Source: Candidatus Phoenicimicrobium oleiphilum
GTDB taxonomy: Bacteria; Atribacterota; Phoenicimicrobiia; Phoenicimicrobiales; Phoenicimicrobiaceae
Direction of reading: 5' to 3'
Length of the DNA: 57,635 nt
Assembly (NCBI GenBank): GCA_039638295.1
Contig: JBDIWJ010000006.1
Location: 1-57,635 of the forward strand
The notes beneath the pieces are model-generated. The model saw only the letters and a list, made by a program, of their open reading frames with translations, ran no database searches and was not told the DNA's origin. The first letter of the stretch is position 1, and the number at the start of each line of letters is the position of its first letter. This document shows, piece after piece, positions 29,158 through 39,656 of the stretch. The translations under genes and the position numbers were made by a program.

Positions 29158-30672
29158 GTGAACAGGATGCAATTTGATAGAGCAAGTGGCGTACTTTTAC
29201 ACCTTACCTCATTACCTTCCCTGTATGGAATCGGCGACTTCGGCAAAGAAGCATATAATTTTGTAGATTTTTTAAAAAGATCGAATCAAAAATTGTGGCA
29301 AATACTGCCACTTAATCCGCCAGATCAGGGAGGTTCACCCTATAAATGTCTTTCTGCTTTTGCGGGGAACACTTTACTAATTAGTATAGACAAGTTAATT
29401 GAAGATGGTTTATTAAGAGCAGAAGAAGTAACTAATGTTCCCAAATTTTCAGAAACTAAAGTTGAGTTTCCCCGGGTAATCAAATTTAAAAACGAGCTGT
29501 TTCTAAAAGCATTTAATCGATTTAATTTATTAGCAGAAAGTGATGAGCATGCAAAGTTTAAAGAAGATAATGAATATTGGCTTCTAGATTTTTGTCTTTA
29601 TATGGCTCTCAAAGAATACTTCGACAATAGAGTGTGGAATCAATGGCATTTAGATATTGCCTTCAGAGAAAAACAGGCTATAGAAAAATATCAAAGCGAG
29701 TTAGCAGATAAGATACACTACCAGGAGTTCCTGCAATATATTTTTTCCAAGCAGTGGAGCGAATTAAAAAATTATGCGAATCATAATGGTATAAAAATTA
29801 TAGGGGATTTGCCTATTTTTGTAGCACATGATAGTAGTGATGTATGGGTTCATCCTGAATTATTCGATTTAGATGATAAAGGCAATCCTCGAAAAGTGGC
29901 AGGAGTGCCACCAGATTATTTTAGCAAAACAGGGCAACTTTGGGGGAATCCTCACTACAATTGGAAATGTATGCAGGAAGATAATTTCTTGTGGTGGAGA
30001 AAACGTTTTGAAAAAATATTTAAACAGGTAGATATTGCTAGAATAGACCACTTCAGGGGATTTGAAGCCTACTGGGAGGTCGATGCCTCAGAAAAGACAG
30101 CAGAGAGAGGCAAGTGGGTGAAAGCACCTGGATACCAACTGTTTTCCTCGATAAAACAGTACTTGGGGGAACTGCCCATTATAGTTGAAGACTTAGGATT
30201 TATAACTTCCGAAGTCAATAAGCTGAAGGTAAACTTTGGATTTCCCGGAATGAAGATTTTACAATTTTCCTTTGACGAAAAAACTCCTATAAAATTAGGA
30301 TTGGACGATTATGAAAAACATTGCGTGGTATACACCGGAACACATGATAATGACACCTTGCTGGCCTGGTACAGGGGATTAAGACAATCAAAAAATATGA
30401 GGGTATTAAAAATATTAGAGAAATACTATGGTATAAACAGTGGGATGAGTGAAAAACAGGTTTGTTGGACCCTGATTGAAGCTGTTTACAGGTCAAAGGC
30501 AAATTTTGTAATAACCCCCCTTCAGGATATTTTAGGTCTTGGTAATGAAGCAAGGATGAATTACCCGGGAACTGTAGGAGGCAATAATTGGTTATGGCGA
30601 TACAAAAAGGGGGACATTACCCAAGAAATGGAAGAAAAGTTAGCTACTTTTGTAGAAAAATATAACCGTTAA
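29158..30672 (+). CDS. malQ: 4-alpha-glucanotransferase (amylomaltase, GH77)
   Basis: GVLLHLTSLP, GVPPDYFSKTGQLWGNP, RIDHFRGF, EDLG and YTGTHDNDT. Confidence 0.96.
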   Translation: MNRMQFDRASGVLLHLTSLPSLYGIGDFGKEAYNFVDFLKRSNQKLWQILPLNPPDQGGSPYKCLSAFAGNTLLISIDKLIEDGLLRAEEVTNVPKFSETKVEFPRVIKFKNELFLKAFNRFNLLAESDEHAKFKEDNEYWLLDFCLYMALKEYFDNRVWNQWHLDIAFREKQAIEKYQSELADKIHYQEFLQYIFSKQWSELKNYANHNGIKIIGDLPIFVAHDSSDVWVHPELFDLDDKGNPRKVAGVPPDYFSKTGQLWGNPHYNWKCMQEDNFLWWRKRFEKIFKQVDIARIDHFRGFEAYWEVDASEKTAERGKWVKAPGYQLFSSIKQYLGELPIIVEDLGFITSEVNKLKVNFGFPGMKILQFSFDEKTPIKLGLDDYEKHCVVYTGTHDNDTLLAWYRGLRQSKNMRVLKILEKYYGINSGMSEKQVCWTLIEAVYRSKANFVITPLQDILGLGNEARMNYPGTVGGNNWLWRYKKGDITQEMEEKLATFVEKYNR

Positions 30673-30756
30673 AATTTTATTTTACCAAAATAGACATTCT
30701 TCTTTAAAGATTTCTTCTAAAGCCACATATATATGCATTCAATCTACAAAAATCCC

Positions 30757-30827
30757 TTGACAGAACCTAAAAACAATGTTAAACTTTTTCCAAGTTTCAT
30801 TATTTAATTCTTTAATCTATTAAAGAA
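30757..30827 (+). promoter_or_regulatory. his operon promoter and candidate HisR (YerC) operator
   Basis: TTGACA (30757-30762), 17 bp, TG-n-TAAACT; perfect inverted repeat TTCTTTAAT-CT-ATTAAAGAA (30808-30827). Confidence 0.7.
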
Positions 30828-30889
30828 CGAAAGTTAAATTTACCCTTTGTATTAAGTAAAGACGAGAGTTAACAGAGAGGTTATAGTCG

Positions 30890-32134
30890 ATGAATATTCC
30901 TAAAGGCTTAAATGATTTATTGCCAGGAGAAGTTTTAAAGAGAAGATTTTTAGAAAATAAAATAAGCAAATTATTTACCCAATGGGGCTATCAAGAGATA
31001 GTTACTCCCACTTTTGAATTTTACGAAACATTAGCCAAAGGCGCAGGAACAACCATGAAAAAGGAGATGATTAAGTTTTTAGATCGCGAAGGAAATATTA
31101 TTGCCCTTAGACCCGAGATGACCACTCCTATTGCCAGAGTGGCTTCTACTAAAATGCAACAGGAGCCTAAACCTTTAAGATTTTATTATATAGGGAATGT
31201 ATTTAGATATAATGATTTTAAAATGGGGAGTCAAAGGGAGTTTTGCCAGGCAGGAATAGAATTAATAGGACTAAATAGCGAAGTGGCAGATGCAGAAGTT
31301 ATTGCTTTAGCGGTAGAGTGTTTGAAAAATTGCGGGCTTAAGAAATTTTTTATAGATATAGGACACATCAATTTTTTTAATGGGATTATGCAATCAATAA
31401 AAATTGAAGAGAAAAGGAAACTACAGACAAAAGAAGCAATTTTAAATAAAGATTTTGTATTATTGGAAAAGATATTATCTTCTGAAGACATAGAAGATAA
31501 GGAAAAAGAATTTATTTTAAAGATGCCTACTTTAAGAGGGAGAGAGGAAGTATTAGAAGAAGCAGAAAAGATGATAAGCAATAAATTATCGCTATCTGCT
31601 TTGAAAGAAATAAAAAAAGTTTATACTCTTTTGAGAAATTACGGATTAGAAGAACATATTTTGATAGATTTAGGGATTGTACGTGATTTTGATTATTATA
31701 CCGGTATTATATTCGAGGGCTATACTGACTATCTGGGATTTCCGATTTGTGGCGGGGGGAGATATGATAACCTGTGTTCAAAATTCGGAGAGAATCTACC
31801 TTCTACTGGTTTTGCCATCGGATTAGAAAGATTAATAATGTCCTTAGAGAGAGAGGATATAAATTCACTAAATTTAGAAAGACCTGAACAGTATGTATTG
31901 TATTACCAAAATAATGAAGACAATTTTAGAAAAGCCCTGGCGGTAGCTAAAGATTTGAGAAAAAAGGGGCTGATTGTTGAGCTCGAGGTAGGGAAGAGAG
32001 AGTTTGCCGAGGTGTTAAAATATGCTCGCTCTAAAGGAATAAAATTTATATTGATATTAGATGATAATCAGTCAAATAAAATCAAAAAAGTTGGAGTAGT
32101 ATCAGGAAAAGAGGAAATCATAAATTATGAATAG
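30890..32134 (+). CDS. hisZ: ATP phosphoribosyltransferase regulatory subunit
   Basis: HisRS-like fold (LRPEMTTPIAR, REFCQAGIE, YYTG, GGGRYD); directly precedes a short hisG. Confidence 0.92.
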   Translation: MNIPKGLNDLLPGEVLKRRFLENKISKLFTQWGYQEIVTPTFEFYETLAKGAGTTMKKEMIKFLDREGNIIALRPEMTTPIARVASTKMQQEPKPLRFYYIGNVFRYNDFKMGSQREFCQAGIELIGLNSEVADAEVIALAVECLKNCGLKKFFIDIGHINFFNGIMQSIKIEEKRKLQTKEAILNKDFVLLEKILSSEDIEDKEKEFILKMPTLRGREEVLEEAEKMISNKLSLSALKEIKKVYTLLRNYGLEEHILIDLGIVRDFDYYTGIIFEGYTDYLGFPICGGGRYDNLCSKFGENLPSTGFAIGLERLIMSLEREDINSLNLERPEQYVLYYQNNEDNFRKALAVAKDLRKKGLIVELEVGKREFAEVLKYARSKGIKFILILDDNQSNKIKKVGVVSGKEEIINYE

Positions 32135-32813
32135 AGAAAATAATAGTAATTATTTAGTTATTGCTTTATCCAGTGGGAAATTATTCAAACCTTCTATACA
32201 ATTATTTGAGAGGATAGGAATAAATTTGAGAGGGGGTAGGGAGATAAACAGAAAACTAACTTTTTTTGACCAGAAAGAAGAAATCAAATTTATTATTACC
32301 AGACCGAAAGATAATCCCACTTATGTGGAATGCGGAGCAGCAGACATCGGAATAGTGGGGGAAGATATATTATTAGAAGAAAAAAAGGATGTCTATAGAC
32401 TATTAGACTTAAAGTTCGGAAGGTGTAAGCTAGTAGTAGCTGCTTTAGAAGGAGAGGGACGAGAAAAATATTACAAAAATAACGGACATCGTTTGAGAAT
32501 AGCTACTAAATATCCCCGTATTGCTGGAGGCTATTTTAAAGAAAAGGGGATATATGTAGAATTAATCAAACTCTATGGGTCAGTAGAATTAGCTCCTCAA
32601 GTAGGTTTAGCTGATATGATTGTTGATATAGTTTCTACCGGACGTACCTTAAATGAAAATAAGCTGAAAATAATTGATGAAATAATTCCTCTTAGCGCCC
32701 AACTCATTGTTAATCGAATTAGTTATAAGACTAAACATAAAAGAATTACCAGACTTTTACAGGAAATTAAAAAATTATTATCCTTAGAATCAGATAAAAT
32801 TGCAGAATGGTAG
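32127..32813 (+). CDS. hisG: ATP phosphoribosyltransferase, short form
   Basis: ADIGIVG, ATKYP and GSVELAP..GLAD.IVDIVSTG.TL. Confidence 0.95.
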   Translation: MNRENNSNYLVIALSSGKLFKPSIQLFERIGINLRGGREINRKLTFFDQKEEIKFIITRPKDNPTYVECGAADIGIVGEDILLEEKKDVYRLLDLKFGRCKLVVAALEGEGREKYYKNNGHRLRIATKYPRIAGGYFKEKGIYVELIKLYGSVELAPQVGLADMIVDIVSTGRTLNENKLKIIDEIIPLSAQLIVNRISYKTKHKRITRLLQEIKKLLSLESDKIAEW

Positions 32814-32908
32814 AAAATCTTAAGCTGAAAAATACCGAAAAGATCTTAGTTAAAAATAAAATTTTTTAAAACATTTGAAATATTGTAAAAGAAGGGATTG
32901 CTTTAAAG

Positions 32909-34213
32909 TTGATAAAGACCATTTTTTTAAATAAAAAAAATAAGAAAAAGATAGAAGAGATCTGCAGGCAGAGGTATTCTGAAGATAACTTAATTAGTGA
33001 TATTGAAGAGAAGGTTAGAGAAATTATATTAAGGGTGAGAAAGGAAGGAGATAAAGCTCTCCTTAAGTTTACTGAAAAGTTTGATGGGGTAAAATTAAGC
33101 CCCTCGGGAATATTGGTCGATCCAGAAGAATGGGATAGAGCTAATCAGGAAGTGAGTGAAGATTTATTAGAAGTAATAAAAGAGGCGATAGAGAGAATTA
33201 AAAAATATCATTTAAATCAGAAAGAAAATTCCTGGTTTACCACTAAAGAGAGGGGTATTATTTTAGGGCAGATAGTAAATCCGATAGAGAGAGTAGGTCT
33301 GTACGTCCCAGGAGGGAAGGCTGTTTATCCCTCTTCTCTTATTATGGCAACAGTACCGGCAATTATTGCAGGAGTTAAAGATATTGTTGTGGTAACTCCG
33401 CCTTCTTTTAATGGTAAAGTAAATCCTTATTTATTATCTACTGCTAAAGAATTAGGTATATCAGTGATTTATAAGGTGGGAGGTGCTCAGGCCATAGCTG
33501 CTCTAGCTTATGGAACAGAAACAGTGAAAAAAGTAGATAAAATTGTAGGTCCAGGAAATATCTTTGTAACTTTGGCTAAAAAGAACGTCTTTGGAGAAGT
33601 GGATATAGATATGCTTGCTGGGCCAAGTGAAATTCTTATTTGGGCTGATGAAAAAGCTAACCCTCAATATTTGGCCTGCGATTTACTATCTCAAGCTGAA
33701 CATGATGTAGAAGCTTCAGCAATCTTAATAACTACTTCTTCCTCTTTAGTTGATAAAGTGAGGAAGGAAATTGAGAACGAATTGAAGAGTTTAAACAGAA
33801 AAGAAATTATCCAAGAGGCTTTAGAAAAGAAGGGTAAGTTAATTATTGCCGAAGATCGAGAACTAATTTTAGACTTTATAAATTGTTTTGCCCCTGAGCA
33901 CTTAGAATTGCAGGTGGAAGAACCGTGGCAGATGTTAGGAGCGATAAGAAATGCGGGAGCAATATTTATAGGATCTTATGCCCCGGAACCTTTAGGGGAT
34001 TACTGGGCAGGACCCAACCATATCCTTCCAACTTCTGGGGGAGCAAGATGTTTTTCGCCTTTGTCAGTAAGCGACTTTACTAAAAAGAGTAGCTTAATTT
34101 TTTATGACCAAGAGAACTTAAGAAAAGACGAGTATAAGATAGCAAACTTAGCAAGGTTGGAAGGGCTGGAGGCTCATGCCCGTTCTATAGAGATAAGATA
34201 TTCAAACGAATAA
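32909..34213 (+). CDS. hisD: Histidinol dehydrogenase
   Basis: [31 protein letters not shown] and GPNHILPT. Confidence 0.97.
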   Translation: MIKTIFLNKKNKKKIEEICRQRYSEDNLISDIEEKVREIILRVRKEGDKALLKFTEKFDGVKLSPSGILVDPEEWDRANQEVSEDLLEVIKEAIERIKKYHLNQKENSWFTTKERGIILGQIVNPIERVGLYVPGGKAVYPSSLIMATVPAIIAGVKDIVVVTPPSFNGKVNPYLLSTAKELGISVIYKVGGAQAIAALAYGTETVKKVDKIVGPGNIFVTLAKKNVFGEVDIDMLAGPSEILIWADEKANPQYLACDLLSQAEHDVEASAILITTSSSLVDKVRKEIENELKSLNRKEIIQEALEKKGKLIIAEDRELILDFINCFAPEHLELQVEEPWQMLGAIRNAGAIFIGSYAPEPLGDYWAGPNHILPTSGGARCFSPLSVSDFTKKSSLIFYDQENLRKDEYKIANLARLEGLEAHARSIEIRYSNE

Positions 34214-34239
34214 TTAAATTAAATGTTGTCTCGTGAGTG

Positions 34240-34316
34240 GTTAGGGGTACAAGACATCGTGCTCATAGACTGCAGGTAATAAAGAAAGATAGATCTCTGT
34301 TCCCACGGGAATGACA
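34240..34316. repeat. Degenerate REP-like hairpin and TTCCC...GGGAATGACA element half
   Basis: GTTAGGGGTACAAGACATCGTGCTC and TTCCCACGGGAATGACA in the hisD-HAD gap. Confidence 0.4.
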
Positions 34317-34364
34317 GAGGGGGTAATAAAGGCGGTTCGAATAAATTAAGAAAGAGGGGTTGAA

Positions 34365-35396
34365 TTGTTACAAATTTCGGGAAAATTAAATTCAGATTAT
34401 TTATTTCAAAAAAATATTATTTTGAACAAAAAGATTTTAGAGAGAATTTCTCAAGTAGATACATTGGTCTTTGATATCGATGGTGTCTTGATTGATGTGC
34501 GTAATTCTTATAGAGAAGCCATATGCCAGACAGCTCAATTTTATTTTAAAGAAATACTGCATTTCCAAGGTTCTCGGAATTTGATCAACGCGGAAGAGGT
34601 TGAATATTTTAAAATGGCTGGTGGATTTAATAATGATTGGGATTTAACTTCTGCTGTAGTTTTATTTTATTTGATGAAGGCCAGAAAAAATAATTTAAGG
34701 GACATAGATGTGCTTAGATCTATGGAGCCAGATATAAGAAAATTTACTACTGAAATGCTTCCTTTAGGAGGAGGTTTGGCTAAAGTAATAGATCTGATCG
34801 AGAGAGATGGAGATATCAAAGAAGAGGTATTAGTTTTGTGGGATAGGAGTTTAATAACTAAAATATTTCAGGAGATTTATGCGGGGGAAGAATACTGTTA
34901 TGATCTTTATGGGTTTTATCCCTCCATGACTAAAGTAGAAGGTTTAATAAAACAGGAAAGAATCATTATAGATAAAAATAAAAAAGATTTCTTGCAAAAT
35001 TTTTTTCTCGGTATCATAACGGGCAGAACCGAAAAAGAAGCCAAGATAGCCTTAGAAAGATTGGAATGGAGTGATCTTATTTCTAAAGAAAAGATATTCA
35101 CTGCTGATGATGGGGTAGAAAAGCCTCATCCTCAAGGATTAAAAAAAATAGCTAACAGTTTGAAAACTAAATTGGGTATCTATGTGGGGGATATTTGGGA
35201 TGATATGATTACTGTGAAGAATTTTAACAAGGAAGTAAAGAAAACAAAGTTTTTATCAGCAATAGTTTTGGCGGAAGGAATAAATTTGCAAAACAATATG
35301 GTAAAGTATTACCTGAATGAAGGTGTGGATTTATTAGCACAAGATGTTAATCATGTTTTGGAATGGTTAGAAAGAGTGAAAAATAGAAAATCATAA
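34365..35396 (+). CDS. HAD-superfamily hydrolase, probable histidinol-phosphate phosphatase
   Basis: FDIDGVLID, GGFNNDWD, TGR, KPHP and YVGD..DD motifs; position inside the his operon. Confidence 0.72.
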   Translation: MLQISGKLNSDYLFQKNIILNKKILERISQVDTLVFDIDGVLIDVRNSYREAICQTAQFYFKEILHFQGSRNLINAEEVEYFKMAGGFNNDWDLTSAVVLFYLMKARKNNLRDIDVLRSMEPDIRKFTTEMLPLGGGLAKVIDLIERDGDIKEEVLVLWDRSLITKIFQEIYAGEEYCYDLYGFYPSMTKVEGLIKQERIIIDKNKKDFLQNFFLGIITGRTEKEAKIALERLEWSDLISKEKIFTADDGVEKPHPQGLKKIANSLKTKLGIYVGDIWDDMITVKNFNKEVKKTKFLSAIVLAEGINLQNNMVKYYLNEGVDLLAQDVNHVLEWLERVKNRKS

Positions 35397-35406
35397 AGAA
35401 AAAAAG

Positions 35407-36015
35407 GTGGTGTTGATAATTTTGAAAGAGAGAAAGGGTGAATATAGACGAAAAACTTTAGAAACTGAAATAGAAGTGAAGATAAATTTAGATGGTAAAG
35501 GGATGAGTAATTTACAGACAGAAGTATATTTCTTAAATCATATGCTTACCTTATTTACCCGATACGGTTTTTTTGATCTAGAAGTAAAGGCCCAGGGAGA
35601 TCTTGAAGTAGATTACCATCATACGGTAGAAGATATAGGAATATGTTTGGGGGAGGCTATTAAGGATGCCTTGCAAGATAAGAAAGGAATAAGAAGATAT
35701 GGGTTTACTATCTTACCAATGGATGAATCCTTGGTACAGGTAGCCATAGATTTAAGTGGGAGAGGACAATTAATCTATAAAGTTCAATTTGAACAGGAAA
35801 GGGTGGGTACTTTTGAAGTTAGTTTGGTAGAGGATTTTTTTAAGGCATTATCTTATCATTCCGGAATGACTCTACATATAAATCTGCTTTACGGGAAAAA
35901 TTCCCATCACATTATTGAGGCAATATTTAAAGCCTTCGGTCGCTCTTTAGATGAGGCAACCAGGGAAGATAATCGGTTAGATAATATTCCTTCCACCAAA
36001 GGGGTTATTGATTAA
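35407..36015 (+). CDS. hisB: Imidazoleglycerol-phosphate dehydratase
   Basis: FLNHML, HHTVED, PMDES, NSHHIIEAIFKA and PSTKG. Confidence 0.96.
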   Translation: MVLIILKERKGEYRRKTLETEIEVKINLDGKGMSNLQTEVYFLNHMLTLFTRYGFFDLEVKAQGDLEVDYHHTVEDIGICLGEAIKDALQDKKGIRRYGFTILPMDESLVQVAIDLSGRGQLIYKVQFEQERVGTFEVSLVEDFFKALSYHSGMTLHINLLYGKNSHHIIEAIFKAFGRSLDEATREDNRLDNIPSTKGVID

Positions 36016-36037
36016 TAAGTTTGAGGAAGTAGAGAAG

Positions 36038-36661
36038 ATGATTGTGATAATAGATTATGGGATGGGGAATTTGAAGAGTGTAGAAAATGCCTTTACTAAA
36101 GTTGGATATAAAACAATGATAACTGATGACCCAAACCAGATTAAAAAAGCCAGTGCCTTAGTGCTTCCTGGAGTAGGGGCTTTTAGGGATGCTATAAAAT
36201 CCTTAAGAGTTAAGAAAATAGATGAAGAATTAATTGCAGCTATAGAAAAGGGTAAACCTTTTTTGGGGATTTGTTTGGGGATGCAGTTATTGTTTTCTTT
36301 TAGCGAAGAAGGTGGTCTTTTTAAGGGGTTGGACATTATACCGGGTAGAGTGAGGAGATTTCCCTCTTTGGTGAAATGTCCTCATTTGGGGTGGAATAAA
36401 ATAAAATTTACTTATAATTTTAATAGTAATACGAACCCCTTCTTTCAGGATATTCCAGATGAATCTTATTTTTATTTTGTTCATTCTTATTATTGTGAAC
36501 CAAATAATCGGGAGGTAATATGTTCAACAACTGATTATGATCTGACCTTCCCCTCTTCTATCTGGAAAGAGAATTTGTTTGGAGTACAATTTCATCCTGA
36601 AAAGAGCAGTACTTTAGGGTTAAAAATATTAAAGAATTTTGGAGATTTGAGCAAATGTTAA
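36038..36661 (+). CDS. hisH: IGP synthase glutaminase subunit
   Basis: IDYGMGNL, PGVG, GICLGMQ, YFVHSY and QFHPEKS. Start set at ATG 36038. Confidence 0.96.
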   Translation: MIVIIDYGMGNLKSVENAFTKVGYKTMITDDPNQIKKASALVLPGVGAFRDAIKSLRVKKIDEELIAAIEKGKPFLGICLGMQLLFSFSEEGGLFKGLDIIPGRVRRFPSLVKCPHLGWNKIKFTYNFNSNTNPFFQDIPDESYFYFVHSYYCEPNNREVICSTTDYDLTFPSSIWKENLFGVQFHPEKSSTLGLKILKNFGDLSKC

Positions 36662-37395
36662 TTATCCCTGCTATAGATATTAGAGAAGGTAGATGTGTTC
36701 GCCTTACTGAGGGTAAATTTGAGAATGTGGAGATATTTTCTGATGACCCAGTAGCGGTGGCAGTGAAGTGGGTTAATAAAGGGGCGATGATGCTTCATAT
36801 AGTAGATTTAGATGGAGCCAAATATGGAGAATTAATTAATATTTCTCTGGTGGAGCAGATTGTAAAAAAGGTTAATGTTCCTGTGCAGGTTGGAGGAGGA
36901 ATCAGGAGTTACGAAGAAGCAGAAAGATTAATCTGCTTGGGAGTTAGCCGGGTAATCTTAGGTACAATTCTCTGGAAAAATAAAATTTTGGCTAAGAAAT
37001 TATTTGAGGATTTTTCAGAAAAGATAATAGCGGGTATTGATGCCCGAGATGGGAAGGTAGCTATAGAGGGGTGGCAGAATGTCCTTTCTATTGATGCCCT
37101 GAATTTTGCAGATGAGATGGAGAGATTGGGTGCCAGGCGAATAATTTATACTGATATTAAAAGAGATGGGACCCTTATAGGCCCCAATGTAAGCAATATA
37201 GAAAAAATGTTAAAAAATATTAATATCCCCCTTATTTGCTCTGGAGGAATTACTTCCCTGGATGATATCAAAAAGTTAATGAGACTTAAGGCCTTAGGTT
37301 TGGAAGGGGTTATTGTTGGCAAGGCCCTTTACAAAGGGAGGATTTTATTGGAAGAGGCACTCAAATTAGTCGATAACATTAATATAAGTTATTAG
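36655..37395 (+). CDS. hisA: ProFAR isomerase
   Basis: IIPAIDI..G.CVRL, HIVDLDGA, QVGGGIR and YTDIKRDG. Confidence 0.96.
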   Translation: MLIIPAIDIREGRCVRLTEGKFENVEIFSDDPVAVAVKWVNKGAMMLHIVDLDGAKYGELINISLVEQIVKKVNVPVQVGGGIRSYEEAERLICLGVSRVILGTILWKNKILAKKLFEDFSEKIIAGIDARDGKVAIEGWQNVLSIDALNFADEMERLGARRIIYTDIKRDGTLIGPNVSNIEKMLKNINIPLICSGGITSLDDIKKLMRLKALGLEGVIVGKALYKGRILLEEALKLVDNINISY

Positions 37396-37606
37396 TTTAT
37401 AGTTTTTAGATAAGAAAAATCAGTTTACAGTTGTAATATGATTTAGTTGCCCAGTTAACCGGTTTACCAGCAAGTATTGTAATGTGTAATCTGTAATAAG
37501 TATCGGTTCTTATAATTTTAGAAGTTTACTCTTATTACTTATTTACATATTACTTGTTACCGTATTTTAACTAAATAACTAACTAACCAGGTAACCAACT
37601 AACTAA
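37396..37606. repeat. Low-complexity degenerate 7-8 bp repeat tract with inverted arrangement
   Basis: AGTTGCCC AGTTAACC GGTTTACC near the left end; AACT/TAAC units (AACTAACTAAACCAGGTAACCAACTAACT) near the right end. Confidence 0.4.
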
Positions 37607-37626
37607 AAATGAGAAAGGAATTGATA

Positions 37627-38418
37627 ATGCTTACCAAGAGAATTATACCCTGTTTGGATGTAAATAGAGGTCGGGTGGTAAAAGGGATTAAGTTTATTAA
37701 TTTAGTAGATGAAGGAGACCCCATTGAAATGGCCTCTTTTTATGAGAAAGAAGAGGCAGATGAGTTGGTTTTTCTTGACATCACTGCTTCCTGGGAAAAA
37801 AGGAATATCATAATTGATTTAGTGGAAAAGACTGCTGAAAAGGTTTTCATCCCCTTTACAGTAGGTGGAGGGGTTAAGAATTTGGAAGATATATATTATT
37901 TGTTAAGGGCGGGTGCCGATAAAGTTTCTATTAATACAGCAGCTGTTTTAAATCCCTTCTTAATTCGAGAGGCTTCTTTGAAATTTGGTAGTTCCACTAT
38001 TGTGGTGGCTATTGATGCCGTGAAGGTAGATTCTGATTGGGAAGTAGTGATTAATGGAGGAAGGACCGGGACTAAATTGCAAGTAGTAGACTGGGCTAAA
38101 GAAGTGGAAAGGTTAGGAGCGGGGGAAATACTACTTACTAGTATGGATAAAGATGGAACTAAAGATGGTTATGATATTGAGTTAACTAAAACAGTTTCTG
38201 AAAAGGTGAATATTCCGGTTATTGCTTCTGGTGGCGCTGGTGAGCCAGAACACTTATATGAGGTGTTGGTGAATGGGAAGGCTGATGCCGCTTTAGCTGC
38301 TTCTATATTTCATAGAAGAGAATATTCTATACCAAGAGTAAAAGAATTTTTAAGGCAAAGAGGAGTAGAAGTAAGATTAGCGAAGGAGAAAGCGAAGGGT
38401 GAGAAAAATAGAGGATAA
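37627..38418 (+). CDS. hisF: IGP synthase cyclase subunit
   Basis: [37 protein letters not shown] and IASGGAG. Start set at ATG 37627. Confidence 0.97.
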   Translation: MLTKRIIPCLDVNRGRVVKGIKFINLVDEGDPIEMASFYEKEEADELVFLDITASWEKRNIIIDLVEKTAEKVFIPFTVGGGVKNLEDIYYLLRAGADKVSINTAAVLNPFLIREASLKFGSSTIVVAIDAVKVDSDWEVVINGGRTGTKLQVVDWAKEVERLGAGEILLTSMDKDGTKDGYDIELTKTVSEKVNIPVIASGGAGEPEHLYEVLVNGKADAALAASIFHRREYSIPRVKEFLRQRGVEVRLAKEKAKGEKNRG

Positions 38419-39133
38419 AAACGAAATTTTAAATCAAATAAAATTTAATCAAGAAGGTTTGATACCTGTTATAGTTCAGGACGAAGAAAGCAAACAAGTA
38501 CTAATGTTGGCTTATATGAATACGGAATCTTTGGAAAAGACTTTAGAAGAAGGGAGAACCTGTTTTTACAGCAGGAGCAGAAGAGAGTTATGGTTTAAAG
38601 GGAATACTTCCGGAAATACTCAGTTGGTAAAAAAAATCGTTTTAGATTGCGACAATGATGCCCTGTTAATTTTAGTAAAGCAAAAAGGAGTTGCCTGTCA
38701 TACTGGAAATTATTCCTGCTTTTTTAAAGAGATTAAAGGTGACAAAATAGAAAAAATTAGTATCGAATCTTCTCGTCTTTTACGAAAAGAAAAAGCAGGT
38801 GAAGCAAAATCCCTCCAGGAGGAGAGTAAGAGTGAGAAATCAGAAAAAGATGATGGTGAAATTATTAATGAATTATATCAAGTAATTCAAGATAGAAAAT
38901 TAAGTTATAAAGACGGTTCCTATGTTTGTAAATTGTTAGCTAATTCTAAGGATTTATTACCTAAAAAGATAGGTGAAGAGGCAGCAGAAGTCATTATTGC
39001 CTTTAAAGACAAAGATAAGGGAGCAATAATATACGAAGTGGCTGATCTATGGTTTCATACTTTAGTAGCTTTGGGCAATTATAATATTGCTCCTCAGGAG
39101 ATATTTAAAGAATTAAAAAGAAGAAGAAAATGA
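38399..39133 (+). CDS. hisIE: Bifunctional PR-AMP cyclohydrolase / PR-ATP pyrophosphatase
   Basis: [30 protein letters not shown] and EVADLWFH. Confidence 0.95.
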   Translation: MRKIEDKNEILNQIKFNQEGLIPVIVQDEESKQVLMLAYMNTESLEKTLEEGRTCFYSRSRRELWFKGNTSGNTQLVKKIVLDCDNDALLILVKQKGVACHTGNYSCFFKEIKGDKIEKISIESSRLLRKEKAGEAKSLQEESKSEKSEKDDGEIINELYQVIQDRKLSYKDGSYVCKLLANSKDLLPKKIGEEAAEVIIAFKDKDKGAIIYEVADLWFHTLVALGNYNIAPQEIFKELKRRRK

Positions 39134-39144
39134 ATTGCAATAAA

Positions 39145-39168
39145 GGGCACAATTTATTGTGCCTCTAT
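39145..39168 (-). repeat. REP-like hairpin
   Basis: Minus strand ATAGAGGCACAATAAATTGTGCCC, nearly identical to the copy at 1585. Confidence 0.6.
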
Positions 39169-39267
39169 AAGCGAAAAAAGACAGTGTATGTATAAAATTA
39201 ATATTTTATCTTTACTAAATACTATTCACTATCAACTAATGACTAATTAAAAAAATGAGGTGATAAA

Positions 39268-39570
39268 ATGAAAGATTATCCTCGTTGGAGAGATGAGCTA
39301 ACTGATCAATTATTTAAGGCAATATTACTCCTTAAAAGCGAAAAGGAATGTTATAGTTTTTTTGAAGATTTAGCTACTATTAATGAAATTAAAGAATTTA
39401 GTCAGAGGCTGGAAGTGGCCAGAATGTTAAGTAAAGGCTCTACCTATGAAGAGATTGCCCATAAAACAGGGGCAAGTTCCGCAACTATTAGCAGGGTAAA
39501 GAAATATTTAAATTATGGAGCTGATGGTTATAAACTAATTCTGGGAAGATTATCGAAAAAAAAGAAATAA
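39268..39570 (+). CDS. TrpR-like YerC/YecD repressor (probable HisR)
   Basis: ECYSFFEDLAT..E...SQRLEVA.ML and TGASSATISRV..L.YG; ends the his operon. Confidence 0.88.
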   Translation: MKDYPRWRDELTDQLFKAILLLKSEKECYSFFEDLATINEIKEFSQRLEVARMLSKGSTYEEIAHKTGASSATISRVKKYLNYGADGYKLILGRLSKKKK

Positions 39571-39586
39571 TTTTTTCCCCCATCTA

Positions 39587-39615
39587 TTGACAAAAAAAAT
39601 TGTTTGTGCTAAATT
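39587..39615 (+). promoter_or_regulatory. Sigma70-type promoter for the ser operon
   Basis: TTGACA (39587-39592), 17 bp, TG-n-TAAATT. Confidence 0.7.
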
Positions 39616-39656
39616 ATGTACACACGATTAAAATTACAGAAATAATAAAAATTGTT

